Virus record (IMG/VR): IMGVR_UViG_3300009093_000036
Location: 96,001 to 160,000 of that record
From: a virus
Strand: one strand, 5' to 3'
Length of the DNA: 64,000 nt
A model generated the notes under the pieces. The model did no database searches. It saw nothing but the letters and a program-made list of their open reading frames with translations, and had not been told where the DNA came from. The first letter of the stretch is position 1, and every line of letters starts with the position of its first letter. Shown piece after piece: positions 17,447-26,604 of the stretch. Position numbers and translations under genes: made by a program.

Positions 17447-18166
17447 TCAGCCGTTCAGAGAGATGACGGCATCGGAGACCGTCCCGAGGACCTTCGGAAG
17501 CGAGAGGGGCTCCGTCTCGTACGACATCCCATCCGCGTGCTTCGCGAGGGACTCGAAGCAGAACATGAACTGCTCTTCGGGACGGATCCACGTGAGCGGA
17601 ACTCCACGCTTCACCTGGTAGGGGCCGCCCATCGTGAGGGTGAGCCGATCGAGCTCACTGCGCTGTGCTCCGCCTACGAGCATGTTCCAGAAGTCGATCT
17701 CCTTCATCTTCTGGGGGAGGAGATCGGTGTCGGCCATGCTCTGGTACCACTGCGGGAAGCTGATGACCGCAGGCTCGTCGTCGTCGAGAGCTTCCGCGAC
17801 GCTGCCTCCGGTGAGGCGGTTCACCGCCGCCCCATCGAGCATGTCACGAAGGCTTTCACCACCATCGATGAGCCGGAAGCTCTCGTGCGGGTTGATGAAC
17901 ATGCAGTAGCCAGACCCGATGGAGAGGCTGTGCGCACCGGGGAGCACCCACGAAGCACCGTCGGGCGTGTCGTAGGGGTCCTCGCGCTCGGCGAGCGCCT
18001 TCACGACCCCCAACGCGATGTTGGAGAGCGAACGCAGGTTGTCGAAGAGCCCGCCCTTCAGGGTGCCCTTGTAGAACGAGATCACTCCGTAGAGGTCCTC
18101 GCTGGATCCAGCGACGATCTCACGAGCCGGGAGCAGGAGCAGGGAGCTGGGGATGTTGTTGGTCAT
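17447..18166 (-). CDS. hypothetical protein
   Basis: 239 aa, AAGGAGG RBS, CCCCTATCA motif at 18188-18196. Confidence 0.75.
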   Translation of the reverse strand: MTNNIPSSLLLLPAREIVAGSSEDLYGVISFYKGTLKGGLFDNLRSLSNIALGVVKALAEREDPYDTPDGASWVLPGAHSLSIGSGYCMFINPHESFRLIDGGESLRDMLDGAAVNRLTGGSVAEALDDDEPAVISFPQWYQSMADTDLLPQKMKEIDFWNMLVGGAQRSELDRLTLTMGGPYQVKRGVPLTWIRPEEQFMFCFESLAKHADGMSYETEPLSLPKVLGTVSDAVISLNG

Positions 18167-18187
18167 GTGACCCTCCTTCTATCTTGT

Positions 18188-18196
18188 TGATAGGGG
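18188..18196 (-). promoter_or_regulatory. CCCCTATCA promoter-like motif
   Basis: GAAACCCCTATCAACAAGATAG upstream of the gene starting at 18166. Confidence 0.55.
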
Positions 18197-18216
18197 TTTC
18201 CGGCGTTGATTCGAGC

Positions 18217-18549
18217 TTACTCCACGGCCTCGATGTCGCGAAGGAGGTCACGAGCATTCCTCATCGGAGGCCGGTAGCGAACCTCCATGGGACGTCCGAA
18301 CTCATTGTCCTTCGCCAGCTCTCCCGCATTCAGCTCGATGAACGCGAGAGCTTGGGTCAGAACCGTGGGCTCCAGGGTCTTGGACCAGCGGCTGTTCCAC
18401 TTCTCGAACTTGCCGTTCAAGAGGCGAAGGTCCACCCAGCGAGAAGCACCCATGCGACCAGTGACCTTGGTTCGGCACACGTGCACGAGGTATCCGCCGC
18501 GCTTGTCGACGGCCCTCTTCACTGACTCGATGCTGATGGTCTCGGACAT
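18217..18549 (-). CDS. hypothetical protein
   Basis: Coupled start MSETISI. Confidence 0.6.
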   Translation of the reverse strand: MSETISIESVKRAVDKRGGYLVHVCRTKVTGRMGASRWVDLRLLNGKFEKWNSRWSKTLEPTVLTQALAFIELNAGELAKDNEFGRPMEVRYRPPMRNARDLLRDIEAVE

Positions 18550-18773
18550 CAACGTCTCCACTTCTTCGCGAACTCGATGAGCTCCGTCAGGAGCTCACTG
18601 CGAGCGATGCTTCGGTTGATGTGGTCGGTGCTGGTGACGACATCCCCGTTCTCGACCCGGCTGACACCACGAGTCATGAGCAGGCTCGTCTTGATGTTCT
18701 CCAAGTACTCGCCGGCGCCATCCCGGTAGTCGTCGTCGAGGACAACCACCAGGGTCCGGACACGATCCGTCAC
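18549..18773 (-). CDS. hypothetical protein
   Basis: 74 aa coupled ORF. Confidence 0.65.
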   Translation of the reverse strand: MTDRVRTLVVVLDDDYRDGAGEYLENIKTSLLMTRGVSRVENGDVVTSTDHINRSIARSELLTELIEFAKKWRR

Positions 18774-19024
18774 TCTTCCCTCTCCGAACGATGGACGGTC
18801 TTCCAGGTCGCATCGAGAGTCGTACCCTCGTCGATGAGGATGTCGGCGCCGAACTTGTCGCAGACACCATCGACCTTGAACGTCGCATCATCAGGGATCT
18901 CGTACCCGGCGTGGCGGATGAGCTCGACGAGCAGCTTGTTGGTGAGCTTCAGCTCCGAATCGAAGGTGGAGGTCGTGACCGTCTTGACCTTGACCTTCTC
19001 CTTGAGGAGCGGGATCGAGCTCAC
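18770..19024 (-). CDS. hypothetical protein
   Basis: 84 aa coupled ORF. Confidence 0.6.
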   Translation of the reverse strand: MSSIPLLKEKVKVKTVTTSTFDSELKLTNKLLVELIRHAGYEIPDDATFKVDGVCDKFGADILIDEGTTLDATWKTVHRSEREE

Positions 19025-19614
19025 TGCGAGATCCTGTTGGCGAGAACGGCGCGCTCGACCTCAGTGAGGTCCCACTGCGCCAGCACGACGTACAAGGTGC
19101 CGCCCAGGTGCTTCAGAAGCAGCGGGTCGGTCGGAGGCACCGGCTGCCACTCCGCCTCCCACATGATGTGGTAGTTGCGGAGATGATGCTTCGGGCGGAA
19201 CTGCGGAGGGACGCTCGGCAGCAGTGCACGTGCACGCGGCCAGCTTCCCGCCGGCTTCGCAAGAACTCCCTCGGGCAGCTTCACCGAGTTGTAGCCGTGC
19301 GCCTTCAGGTTGCCCCCGAAGGTGGTGGTGTCATTCGTTCCGATGAAGGTGCCTCTTGCAGTATCCACGAAGCTGAACCAGCACCACTTGAAGTCGGCGC
19401 GACACACCGCGATCCTGGGCATCCCCTTCGCATCCAGCCCCGTGGCTCGGAAGGCGCTACGAAGATCGAGGAGAGCGGAGCCTTCGGCGAGGGCCTTGTA
19501 GCCCTTCATGATGGCGACGTCCTCGTCGTTGTGGCGGGCCTCGACTGCATGCTTGTAGTCGAGGAAGGCCCTGCGAGCTTCATCCTGCGGCATCGTGATC
19601 TTGTCGATGTTCAT
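19021..19614 (-). CDS. conserved phage hypothetical protein
   Basis: MNIDKITMP...PPTDPLLLKHLGGTLYVVLAQWDLTEVER. Confidence 0.75.
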   Translation of the reverse strand: MNIDKITMPQDEARRAFLDYKHAVEARHNDEDVAIMKGYKALAEGSALLDLRSAFRATGLDAKGMPRIAVCRADFKWCWFSFVDTARGTFIGTNDTTTFGGNLKAHGYNSVKLPEGVLAKPAGSWPRARALLPSVPPQFRPKHHLRNYHIMWEAEWQPVPPTDPLLLKHLGGTLYVVLAQWDLTEVERAVLANRISQ

Positions 19615-20042
19615 GTTCCAGTCCTTGGATTGCTGACGCACACGGAGTGCGCCTTGGCCTTGGTCCCATCGTGGTAGCCCTGAAGAGGCGTGATGGGCTG
19701 CTTGCAGAGAACGCAGTTCTGGGAGAGGAGGCGCTTGGCCACCTTCACAGGACGAGCACCCAGCTTCTTCTTGATGGCGTCGATCCGGAAGGCTTCCTCT
19801 TGAGCCTTGTACTCGGCCTGCTTCTTCTCGACCTGGGCCTTGAGCTCGTCGGTGATCGTGAAGCCGTACTTCGGAGCGACCTCCATCAAGGCCAACTGAT
19901 AGACGCCACCAGCCTTGAGGATTTTCTCCTCGGCCTCCTCTTGCGAGTTCGTGTACTGCATCGACATCTGCGCCATCACCAGGTTCGCAGCGTTGCCGTA
20001 GTACGTGGTGGTTCGACCGTCGCTGACGACCCCCTCCTTCAC
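19611..20042 (-). CDS. hypothetical protein with C-terminal CxxC...HxxC zinc finger
   Basis: GTG start overlapping the upstream TGA; CVLCKQPI...AHSVC. Confidence 0.6.
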   Translation of the reverse strand: MKEGVVSDGRTTTYYGNAANLVMAQMSMQYTNSQEEAEEKILKAGGVYQLALMEVAPKYGFTITDELKAQVEKKQAEYKAQEEAFRIDAIKKKLGARPVKVAKRLLSQNCVLCKQPITPLQGYHDGTKAKAHSVCVSNPRTGT

Positions 20043-20453
20043 TTGGGAGCCTCCGTCACAGACGTGACCGTGAAGAGCTTCTCTGCGAAGGACTCCTGGC
20101 TGAGTCGATCCTTGATGTAGCCGCCCATCATCTTGGCGGCGCGGTCCATCCGAAGACGGAACGGGATGACTGCGTCGTAGTAGCGGACGTACGCCTTGTG
20201 CAAGAGCCGGCGGGTCTGGGCCCGCAGGTGCTTGACCTGCGCCACCTTGGAGGCAACCTGGATCGGCGGGAGAGAGAGGCAGCACCGTGGTGGTGTTGAG
20301 CCAGGTCTTCCATGTCGCGTTCGCGTTGCGCCGGGCGATCGTGCACTCCTGCATGTGCAGCTTCGCCTGCTCGATCTCGACCTTCTCTTCTTCGGTGTAC
20401 GTGAAGTTCTCGTCTGCCTTCGGCAGCTCCATCTTCCTGTTCCAGATCCTCAT
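20039..20453 (-). pseudogene. hypothetical gene interrupted by a frameshift at a (CT)4 repeat
   Basis: N-half MRIWNRK...TTVLPL continues in another frame as PPIQVASKVAQVKHLRAQTRR...; repeat at 20271-20278. Confidence 0.5.
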
Positions 20454-20812
20454 ACCGACATTCCTCCATCCGTGATCAACTTGCCGAACACAATCTTGCC
20501 GAGGTCTCTACGCTCGAACTTGTAGATGTCCTCGCCACTGAACTCCATCTCGTCAGGCTCGGTGGTGAGAACCTCCATCGTCTGGATGTCCACCCACACC
20601 GTCTGCATCTTCTCTTGCGCCCATTCGGTGAGCTGATCGGTCGCCGTGACGTAGCCAGGCCAGTCTTCCAGCTCTGCGGAGTCTCTGTAGTACTCGGCGT
20701 TGTGCGGACCGAAGTGCAGGTCGTAGTTGGCGCAGTTGCGCAGCTTGAGCGTGCGCTCGTCCATCTGATCGAGGAAGTACTTCTTGACGACCTTCTCGAC
20801 CTCTTCCCTCAT
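20450..20812 (-). CDS. hypothetical protein
   Basis: Coupled start MREEVEK. Confidence 0.65.
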   Translation of the reverse strand: MREEVEKVVKKYFLDQMDERTLKLRNCANYDLHFGPHNAEYYRDSAELEDWPGYVTATDQLTEWAQEKMQTVWVDIQTMEVLTTEPDEMEFSGEDIYKFERRDLGKIVFGKLITDGGMSV

Positions 20813-21006
20813 TCCCATTTCATCTCCTGTAGAGCTCGGGTCTCCGGGTCGGGGTGAAGCTCGGGAGCCTGTGGGGCTGGAGACAGCAGCATCCACACGA
20901 TCATCTCGCCGAACCAGAAGAAGAGGACGAGGAGCATGTACTCCCGACCCCTGCGGGCCCAGCGCGGAGGCTCAGGCTCGATGGCGGTCGTGTAGTTGGG
21001 GCTCAT
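20809..21006 (-). CDS. small single-pass membrane protein
   Basis: YMLLVLFFWFGEMIVWMLL hydrophobic segment. Confidence 0.6.
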   Translation of the reverse strand: MSPNYTTAIEPEPPRWARRGREYMLLVLFFWFGEMIVWMLLSPAPQAPELHPDPETRALQEMKWE

Positions 21007-21338
21007 GTCCGCACAACCTGAGCGCTTGGATAGCGCTCCTTCACCTTCTTCTCAGCTTCCTCGATGCTGAGTGCCCTCAGCATGAAGTCGATCTCTCCGT
21101 CGACGGTCGCCGCCCAGTAAAGAGGGGGCCCGATGCCGAAGTATGTGCCGAGGGAATCGTAGCCACCCTCATCGAGCTCGGACTCCTTCAAGAAGATGTC
21201 GCCCGAGAAGGTGGGCGGTGCGAGATGGATCGAGGGTCTGCCCAAGGCCGCTCCGCGCTTGGGGTCGCCGCACCACCCCTTGGGGTCGGCCCTCTTGTAG
21301 TCCGGCAAGTTCATGTCCATGTGAAACCCGTCCTTCAT
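21003..21338 (-). CDS. conserved phage hypothetical protein
   Basis: GAALGRP...LDEGGYDSLGTYFGIGPPLYWA. Confidence 0.75.
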   Translation of the reverse strand: MKDGFHMDMNLPDYKRADPKGWCGDPKRGAALGRPSIHLAPPTFSGDIFLKESELDEGGYDSLGTYFGIGPPLYWAATVDGEIDFMLRALSIEEAEKKVKERYPSAQVVRT

Positions 21339-21343
21339 CTATC

Positions 21344-21378
21344 TGATAGGGCAAAGAAGCAGGGACGAGCCCTGCTTC
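21344..21378 (-). promoter_or_regulatory. terminator (21356-21378) immediately followed by CCCTATCA motif (21344-21351)
   Basis: GAAGCAGGG-N5-CCCTGCTTC-TTTGCCCTATCAG. Confidence 0.6.
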
Positions 21379-21381
21379 AGA

Positions 21382-21990
21382 TCACGCACGTGCCGGAAGG
21401 CCTGTGCGAACCGCGGAGTAGGGTGCAGGTTCGTGCTCCAGAGGCAGCATCTTCATCTGCTCGACCACTGCACCGCTGTCGAAGAGCGGCTTCCCGAGGT
21501 CCTTCACCATGTTGTACGGCTTGCGCTCGTCCTCGTCGTCCGGGTCTTGAACCTGCCAGGGGTTCGCGTTGACCGAGGTCCCGTACCACGCCAGCCAGCG
21601 CACCTGCTTCTCGCTCACGAGCTGCTCGATGCGACCAGCAGCCGCCAGCAGGTGGCAGATCTGCTCGCGGTTCTCGTGGACCGCAGTGAACTTCCGCAGC
21701 GACTGTGCGTAGAGGAGCATGTCCTCGGCACCCTCGATGTAGTTGCCCTCGTCTGCCATCGCGTAGACGTTGAGCTCGAAGGGCTCCATCTTGCTGGACG
21801 GCAAGTAGACCCACTTCATGAGCTTCCCCCAGTCCTCGAAGCTGAACCCAGTCGCTCCGAACTCCTTGCCGTACTTCTTCACCAGAGCATCCCAGATCAT
21901 CGGCTGGTTGCCCCACGCGTTACGAAGCTCCAGGAACGCCCCCATCTCGGGGTCTGCATCCGTTGCCCCCATCAAGTATGACCTGCTCAT
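21382..21990 (-). CDS. hypothetical protein
   Basis: 202 aa, GGAGG RBS. Confidence 0.75.
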   Translation of the reverse strand: MSRSYLMGATDADPEMGAFLELRNAWGNQPMIWDALVKKYGKEFGATGFSFEDWGKLMKWVYLPSSKMEPFELNVYAMADEGNYIEGAEDMLLYAQSLRKFTAVHENREQICHLLAAAGRIEQLVSEKQVRWLAWYGTSVNANPWQVQDPDDEDERKPYNMVKDLGKPLFDSGAVVEQMKMLPLEHEPAPYSAVRTGLPARA

Positions 21991-22033
21991 CTTACCTCCA
22001 GTTCATGTTCGAGCGAGTGCTCGTACATGACTC

Positions 22034-22077
22034 TGATAGGCAAAAAGAGCAGGAAACCCGGAGGTTCCCTGCTCTTT
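22034..22077 (-). promoter_or_regulatory. terminator (22044-22077) immediately followed by GCCTATCA motif
   Basis: AAAGAGCAGG...CCTGCTCTTT-TTGCCTATCAG. Confidence 0.6.
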
Positions 22078-22079
22078 GC

Positions 22080-23336
22080 TCACCACACCATGGGCGTAGG
22101 AGTCGATGTTGATGTGGTCGTCCCGTTACCGAGCTGACCCTGCGAGTTGTCGCCCCAGCACATGACCACCCCGCTCTGCATGATGCAGGCGTGGTTCGTC
22201 CCAAGCTGAAGGCTGGTGCCGACGATGTTGGTGTAGGTACCTACCGCATCCGAAGCCGGCAGCGCGTTGAAGGTGGCCGGACCCGTGAAGGTCGACGGCG
22301 TCGAGGACGAACAGTAGATGCCGGCTGCACGAGTCGATGTTCCAGTTGGGATCATCACGCACGCACGGCCACCATCGAGGTCGACCTCAGTGGCACCAGT
22401 CCACGTCGGCGTCAGCACCGGATGACCTGACGTCGAGCACGACACACTCGGGCCCGTCTCCGAGCTCGGCATCGTGCCCGTCCACGTGAAGCATGCGACG
22501 AGGTCGTTCGCATTGAAGGTGCCGGTCCGTGCGACATCCGTTGCGTCGTAGGTCGCCGCACCATCCACCGCCGTCCAGAAGTTCGCGTAGTCGGTCGTCA
22601 CCGGATGACCCGGAAGCGACGTGACAACACGATCCCAGCAGCGCAGGCCGCCGTTGATGTCGATGGCACAGTTCAGCGCCGGCATGCTGTCGACCGCCGT
22701 CGCCGGCGAGTAGGTGGGCGACATCAGGTTGAACGGGTGGACGAGACCATCCGTACGGCCGACGTACGCCTGGACACCCAGCACGGAGACGTCCGAACCG
22801 TAAGGTGTCGACCCCACGGCGTACGTGACACCACCGGCTGCGGTCCAGCACAGCACACGGCCATCGAGGCCGATGCCGCAGTTCCCTTCGAGATCGACGG
22901 CATCCGCAACGTGTGCGGGCGTCGAAGAGCCACCACCCCAGCACCACATCTGGTTCGTGCTCGTGAGCACACACGACGTGTTGCCATTCACGCCGAGCTC
23001 GACGATGGACCCAGGCCCCGAGGGACCCGCATCCGTCATCGCTGCGTCGACACCGGCGTCTGCGGTCGAAGTTCCGCTATCCGGAGTCCCGGTGGAAGCA
23101 TCAACCCCGCCGTCGTCAGTGACCATCGGGCCACTGTCGGAGGTCGCACTGTCGACCCCTGCGTCCGAGCCACTGTCTGCTTGTGCGTCGACTCCAGCAT
23201 CCGCCACCACCTCCATCTGAGCGTCGCCCATAGGCTGAGCATCCGCGGCCGGCACACCGCTGTCGGTGTACGCGACCGGCATGCCTTCCCCGCAGCCGAC
23301 GACCAGAACCATCATCAGCACGATGTTCAGCTTCAT
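22080..23336 (-). CDS. lipoprotein with Asp-Ala-Gly low-complexity linker and RCC1/BLIP-II-like repeats
   Basis: MKLNIVLMMVLVVGC lipobox; DAG/DSG repeats; GTNHACIMQSGVVMCWGDNSQGQLGNG. Confidence 0.8.
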   Translation of the reverse strand: MKLNIVLMMVLVVGCGEGMPVAYTDSGVPAADAQPMGDAQMEVVADAGVDAQADSGSDAGVDSATSDSGPMVTDDGGVDASTGTPDSGTSTADAGVDAAMTDAGPSGPGSIVELGVNGNTSCVLTSTNQMWCWGGGSSTPAHVADAVDLEGNCGIGLDGRVLCWTAAGGVTYAVGSTPYGSDVSVLGVQAYVGRTDGLVHPFNLMSPTYSPATAVDSMPALNCAIDINGGLRCWDRVVTSLPGHPVTTDYANFWTAVDGAATYDATDVARTGTFNANDLVACFTWTGTMPSSETGPSVSCSTSGHPVLTPTWTGATEVDLDGGRACVMIPTGTSTRAAGIYCSSSTPSTFTGPATFNALPASDAVGTYTNIVGTSLQLGTNHACIMQSGVVMCWGDNSQGQLGNGTTTSTSTPTPMVW

Positions 23337-23358
23337 ATTCGTTCTCCTTCTATCTTAC

Positions 23359-23367
23359 TGATAGGGG
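23359..23367 (-). promoter_or_regulatory. CCCCTATCA promoter-like motif
   Basis: GAATCCCCTATCAGTAAGATAG; terminator at 23394-23410 upstream. Confidence 0.55.
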
Positions 23368-23393
23368 ATTCTGGGGCAAAAATGGCAAAAAGA

Positions 23394-23410
23394 AGGGCCC
23401 GAAGGCCCCT
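23394..23410 (-). terminator. intrinsic terminator
   Basis: GGGGCC-TTCG-GGCCCT plus T-tract. Confidence 0.7.
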
Positions 23411-23412
23411 CC

Positions 23413-23640
23413 TCATCCAACAGGTTCGAGCTCTTCGGACTCCTCGTCCAGTTCATCGAGGTAGTCGATCTGCACCCCTTCCCTGCGCATGCGCTGGTTG
23501 AGTTCCTCGACTGCCAGCATGGTCTCGTGCGCCTTCATCCAGAAGGAGAGCTGGCTGAGGCTCTGATCCACCTCCGCCAGCTTCACACGCGCCGACCTCA
23601 CCACACGAAGAGCGGCCCTCAACAGCGTCTTACGAACCAT
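23413..23640 (-). CDS. hypothetical protein
   Basis: Start MVRKTLL. Confidence 0.5.
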   Translation of the reverse strand: MVRKTLLRAALRVVRSARVKLAEVDQSLSQLSFWMKAHETMLAVEELNQRMRREGVQIDYLDELDEESEELEPVG

Positions 23641-23908
23641 TCGCCTTCTCCTGTGCGTCTTCGAGGATTGCTCGACGTTCATCTTCGAGCTTCTTCGCAT
23701 CGATGCCGAGGTAGCGCAGCAACATCGCTTCCTGCGGCTCTCGGGTCACCTCGAAGAGCCCGCCCCACTGCGCGAACTTCTTGGGGTCGTGCGTGCAGAG
23801 CGAGAGCCCCTGCTCCTGCAACCATTCGAGGAACTGGAGCATCTTCAACATCTCGGGCCGTGCCACCCGGAGCTTCTCGCACTCCGGGTACTTCGCCTCA
23901 CTCGACAC
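23630..23908 (-). CDS. conserved phage hypothetical protein
   Basis: YPECEKL...FLEWL...YLGIDAKKLEDERRAILE. Confidence 0.7.
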   Translation of the reverse strand: MSSEAKYPECEKLRVARPEMLKMLQFLEWLQEQGLSLCTHDPKKFAQWGGLFEVTREPQEAMLLRYLGIDAKKLEDERRAILEDAQEKANGS

Positions 23909-24341
23909 CGATGATCTCCTCCAGCTTCGGGTACGCATACCCGCCGCCGTCCAGCTTCACCACCGGCCTCTTGGGCAGAAGTCCTTGATGGGGCTTCGAG
24001 GCAGGGTAGTCGTATCTCTCGACGATCCCTGCACCGAACCCGTCGATGATGACGTGCCTGCCCGGCTTCAGCAGAACCTTCGCCGCCACCTCCGGCTCCT
24101 TCGGCATGGGCAACGGAGGGTCCTCCGATCCCGCAGCGACGTGCACCAACGACGCCCAGTGCGCGATCGTGTAGCGCTCCTCCGGGGTGAGCTCGGAGAT
24201 CAAGTCGTCGATGACGTACTCCTCCGTGACGAGCGAGAGGAGATCGTGGAAGGCGGAGTCCTTCGTCAGCGTGTGTGGGTTGGGGACGACGTTCTTGGAG
24301 AGCTTCTCCAAGATCTTCTCTCCCCGACTCACGGTGCCCAT
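23898..24341 (-). CDS. hypothetical protein
   Basis: Start MGTVSRG. Confidence 0.6.
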   Translation of the reverse strand: MGTVSRGEKILEKLSKNVVPNPHTLTKDSAFHDLLSLVTEEYVIDDLISELTPEERYTIAHWASLVHVAAGSEDPPLPMPKEPEVAAKVLLKPGRHVIIDGFGAGIVERYDYPASKPHQGLLPKRPVVKLDGGGYAYPKLEEIIGVE

Positions 24342-24913
24342 CCGTAGTGCTTCGCCGCCTTCTGGTAGGCTTCGTAGAAGCGGATGATGAGGGTTTGGAG
24401 GCTGCGCTCCTGCTCCTCGGTGAGACGAAGACGCTGGCGTGCATCCTTCCCCGCATCGACGACTGCCTCCGCCGAGTCGCAGTAGCCACGAACGGCACGC
24501 AACCCCCACTTCGGAGGGTTGTCGACCATGTCGTTCACGTTCGAGGTCTTGTCCGCGATCTTGATGAGGACACCCCCGATGTCCATCATCTTCATCATCA
24601 TGACCTGGTGAGCCGTCTTCTTCTCGTGGTTGCCATCTCGGCAGTCGAGAGGAAGCGTCAGGTCACGAGCGAGGTCGGCCGAGTAGCCGAACTTCTCGTG
24701 GAGCTCCTCGTACGTCGTCTCCGTGTCCTCCAGGGTGTCGTGGAGGATGGCCCCAACGAGAGTGAAAGGGTCGTCGACACCAGCAGCGACGAGACGCTGC
24801 GCGACGTCGAAGCAGTGTGTGACGTAGGGCTCGTTCTTCGGCCCCCGACCCGCCTGCTTGGCATGGCGACTGGCCGCGAACTTCGCGGCCTCGAAGATCT
24901 TGTTCATGTTCAC
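24329..24913 (-). CDS. HD-domain protein, SpoT/Mesh1-type small alarmone hydrolase-like
   Basis: AAKFAASRH..Q, EPYVTHCFDV, GAILHDTLEDT, IKIADKTSNV. Confidence 0.85.
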   Translation of the reverse strand: MNMNKIFEAAKFAASRHAKQAGRGPKNEPYVTHCFDVAQRLVAAGVDDPFTLVGAILHDTLEDTETTYEELHEKFGYSADLARDLTLPLDCRDGNHEKKTAHQVMMMKMMDIGGVLIKIADKTSNVNDMVDNPPKWGLRAVRGYCDSAEAVVDAGKDARQRLRLTEEQERSLQTLIIRFYEAYQKAAKHYGWAP

Positions 24914-26604
24914 TCCTTCTTGTCGTGCGGCCCACGCATCATCGCGAACATCGCCATCTCCGCCTCGGAGGGCGTGCGAACTGGGCGATTCATGTCGAGG
25001 TCCTTGTGGACCTCACTGAGGATGGCGGGGCAGTGGATGTTGGCGATGTTCATCTTGCTTTCCGCATCGAGGCGCAGGAAGCGGATGGTGAGGCCCCAAG
25101 CTGTACGATCCAGCACGACCCCTCGTTCGTTCTGAGGACCCGGACCCTTGGAGATGGTGAAGCGGAAGCGCCCAGTGGTCGGGTACTCGATGGAGACGTA
25201 CTCGTAGACCGCCGTCAGGCCGTTGAAGCGCTTCGGAACATCGACGAGGGACATGACTCCAAGCAGCTTCACCCCCAAGCTGTTCTTCGAGATCCCAGGC
25301 TTCCGATCGGTGACACGCAGCGTCTGCGCCCAGCGAAGGCGGTGGACCTTGTACATCTGCGGGGAGGAGTAGAAAGCCTCCAGGGATTCCGAGTCCCTCT
25401 TCCACCACTTCAGCAAGGCCGCCTTGGTGCCTTCGAGCAACGAGCCCGCACAGTGCTCGCACTCCTTCGCATCTCTGCGAGACAGGATGGCAGGCTCGCT
25501 TCGATACCCTCCGTCGACACCCACACGAGTGACGTACGCCTTGCATCCGCAGTCCCGTCGGTTGGTGAGGCATTCACCGTGCCGGAGGGGGATCTCCTTT
25601 TCCAAGCCAGCGATGCGAGCTTCCGCGAGCCGCTGAGCCGAGAAGAGACCTTGAGTGACCTCTGCATCTGCCTTCGCATAGTTCGCCAGTCCTGCATCGA
25701 GGCCGCTGATGATCCTCAGACCTCCGTAGAGGGCAGAGAGCTCCGTCGACTTCGCAGCATCGCGCTGTTCTTTCGTGATCTGCGACGGAGGGACCTTGAA
25801 GATCTGTGACGCGATCTGCGTGTGGAAGTCGCGCTCTTCCGCCCATGTCCTGCTGTAGGGGAGGTCAGAAGAAACCACGGGCAGAGACCACACCTGCCGA
25901 AGCTCTTCGAGCTGCCTCGGGGAGAGACGGCGTTGTCTTACGGACCTCGGGTCCTGCCGCTTCCTCATCCACGGCTCGATCATGCTGGGGTCGATGCCCT
26001 TGGCCTTGGCGATGTTGATCGACTCCTCGCTGATGAGATCGAGCAAGATGAGGAGCTGCATCACATCCGTGGGCATCTTGCCAGCCACAGCAAGGCGCTC
26101 CAGATGCTGTTCGACCTGCTCCATGTGCGAGGCCCTCACCTTGTGGGGCTCCTTCCCCAGCATGTGGGACGTGAGCTCCCTGGAGTGTCCGTGCTGTCCG
26201 TAGTGCTGAAGAGCGACCTGAGCGATCACCCTCCACTCCAGCTCCGCGTAGTCCATCTTGAGGATGGGCTCCTGGGACTGACCCATCACCTCACGGCGAA
26301 ATGGGTCCGCGAACGGTATCGGGCTCCTCGGGTAGAGGGAGGCCATGAAGGAGGGGCGCTTGGCACTTTCTCGCCCCTCCTTCACCGGGTCCGGCTTCGG
26401 GGTGTTCGAGACGTGCGGCTCCTTCGAGGAAAGCCGCTCTGTCTTCACGTTCGCTTTGAACGCCGCCTCTTCCTGCTTCGCTTCCTCTTTCGGAGGTGCA
26501 GGTGGCGCAGCGTACGCCCGGCATGCCGGGTTCGTGCAGCCTTCGCTCGTGAATGCGAGCGTGATCTCGCACGGTGACGTGCAGAACATACACTTATGCT
26601 TCAT
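24910..26604 (-). CDS. mosaic protein containing DNA polymerase A motif A- and motif B-like segments
   Basis: ILKMDYAELEWRVIAQ (~DYSQIELR); RDFHTQIASQIFKVPPSQITKEQRDAAKSTELSALYG; no motif C. Confidence 0.65.
   Translation of the reverse strand: MKHKCMFCTSPCEITLAFTSEGCTNPACRAYAAPPAPPKEEAKQEEAAFKANVKTERLSSKEPHVSNTPKPDPVKEGRESAKRPSFMASLYPRSPIPFADPFRREVMGQSQEPILKMDYAELEWRVIAQVALQHYGQHGHSRELTSHMLGKEPHKVRASHMEQVEQHLERLAVAGKMPTDVMQLLILLDLISEESINIAKAKGIDPSMIEPWMRKRQDPRSVRQRRLSPRQLEELRQVWSLPVVSSDLPYSRTWAEERDFHTQIASQIFKVPPSQITKEQRDAAKSTELSALYGGLRIISGLDAGLANYAKADAEVTQGLFSAQRLAEARIAGLEKEIPLRHGECLTNRRDCGCKAYVTRVGVDGGYRSEPAILSRRDAKECEHCAGSLLEGTKAALLKWWKRDSESLEAFYSSPQMYKVHRLRWAQTLRVTDRKPGISKNSLGVKLLGVMSLVDVPKRFNGLTAVYEYVSIEYPTTGRFRFTISKGPGPQNERGVVLDRTAWGLTIRFLRLDAESKMNIANIHCPAILSEVHKDLDMNRPVRTPSEAEMAMFAMMRGPHDKKE

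Noticed and set aside
23030-23260. DAG/DSG nucleotide repeats
   Set aside because: They encode the low-complexity linker of the lipoprotein; not an independent repeat element
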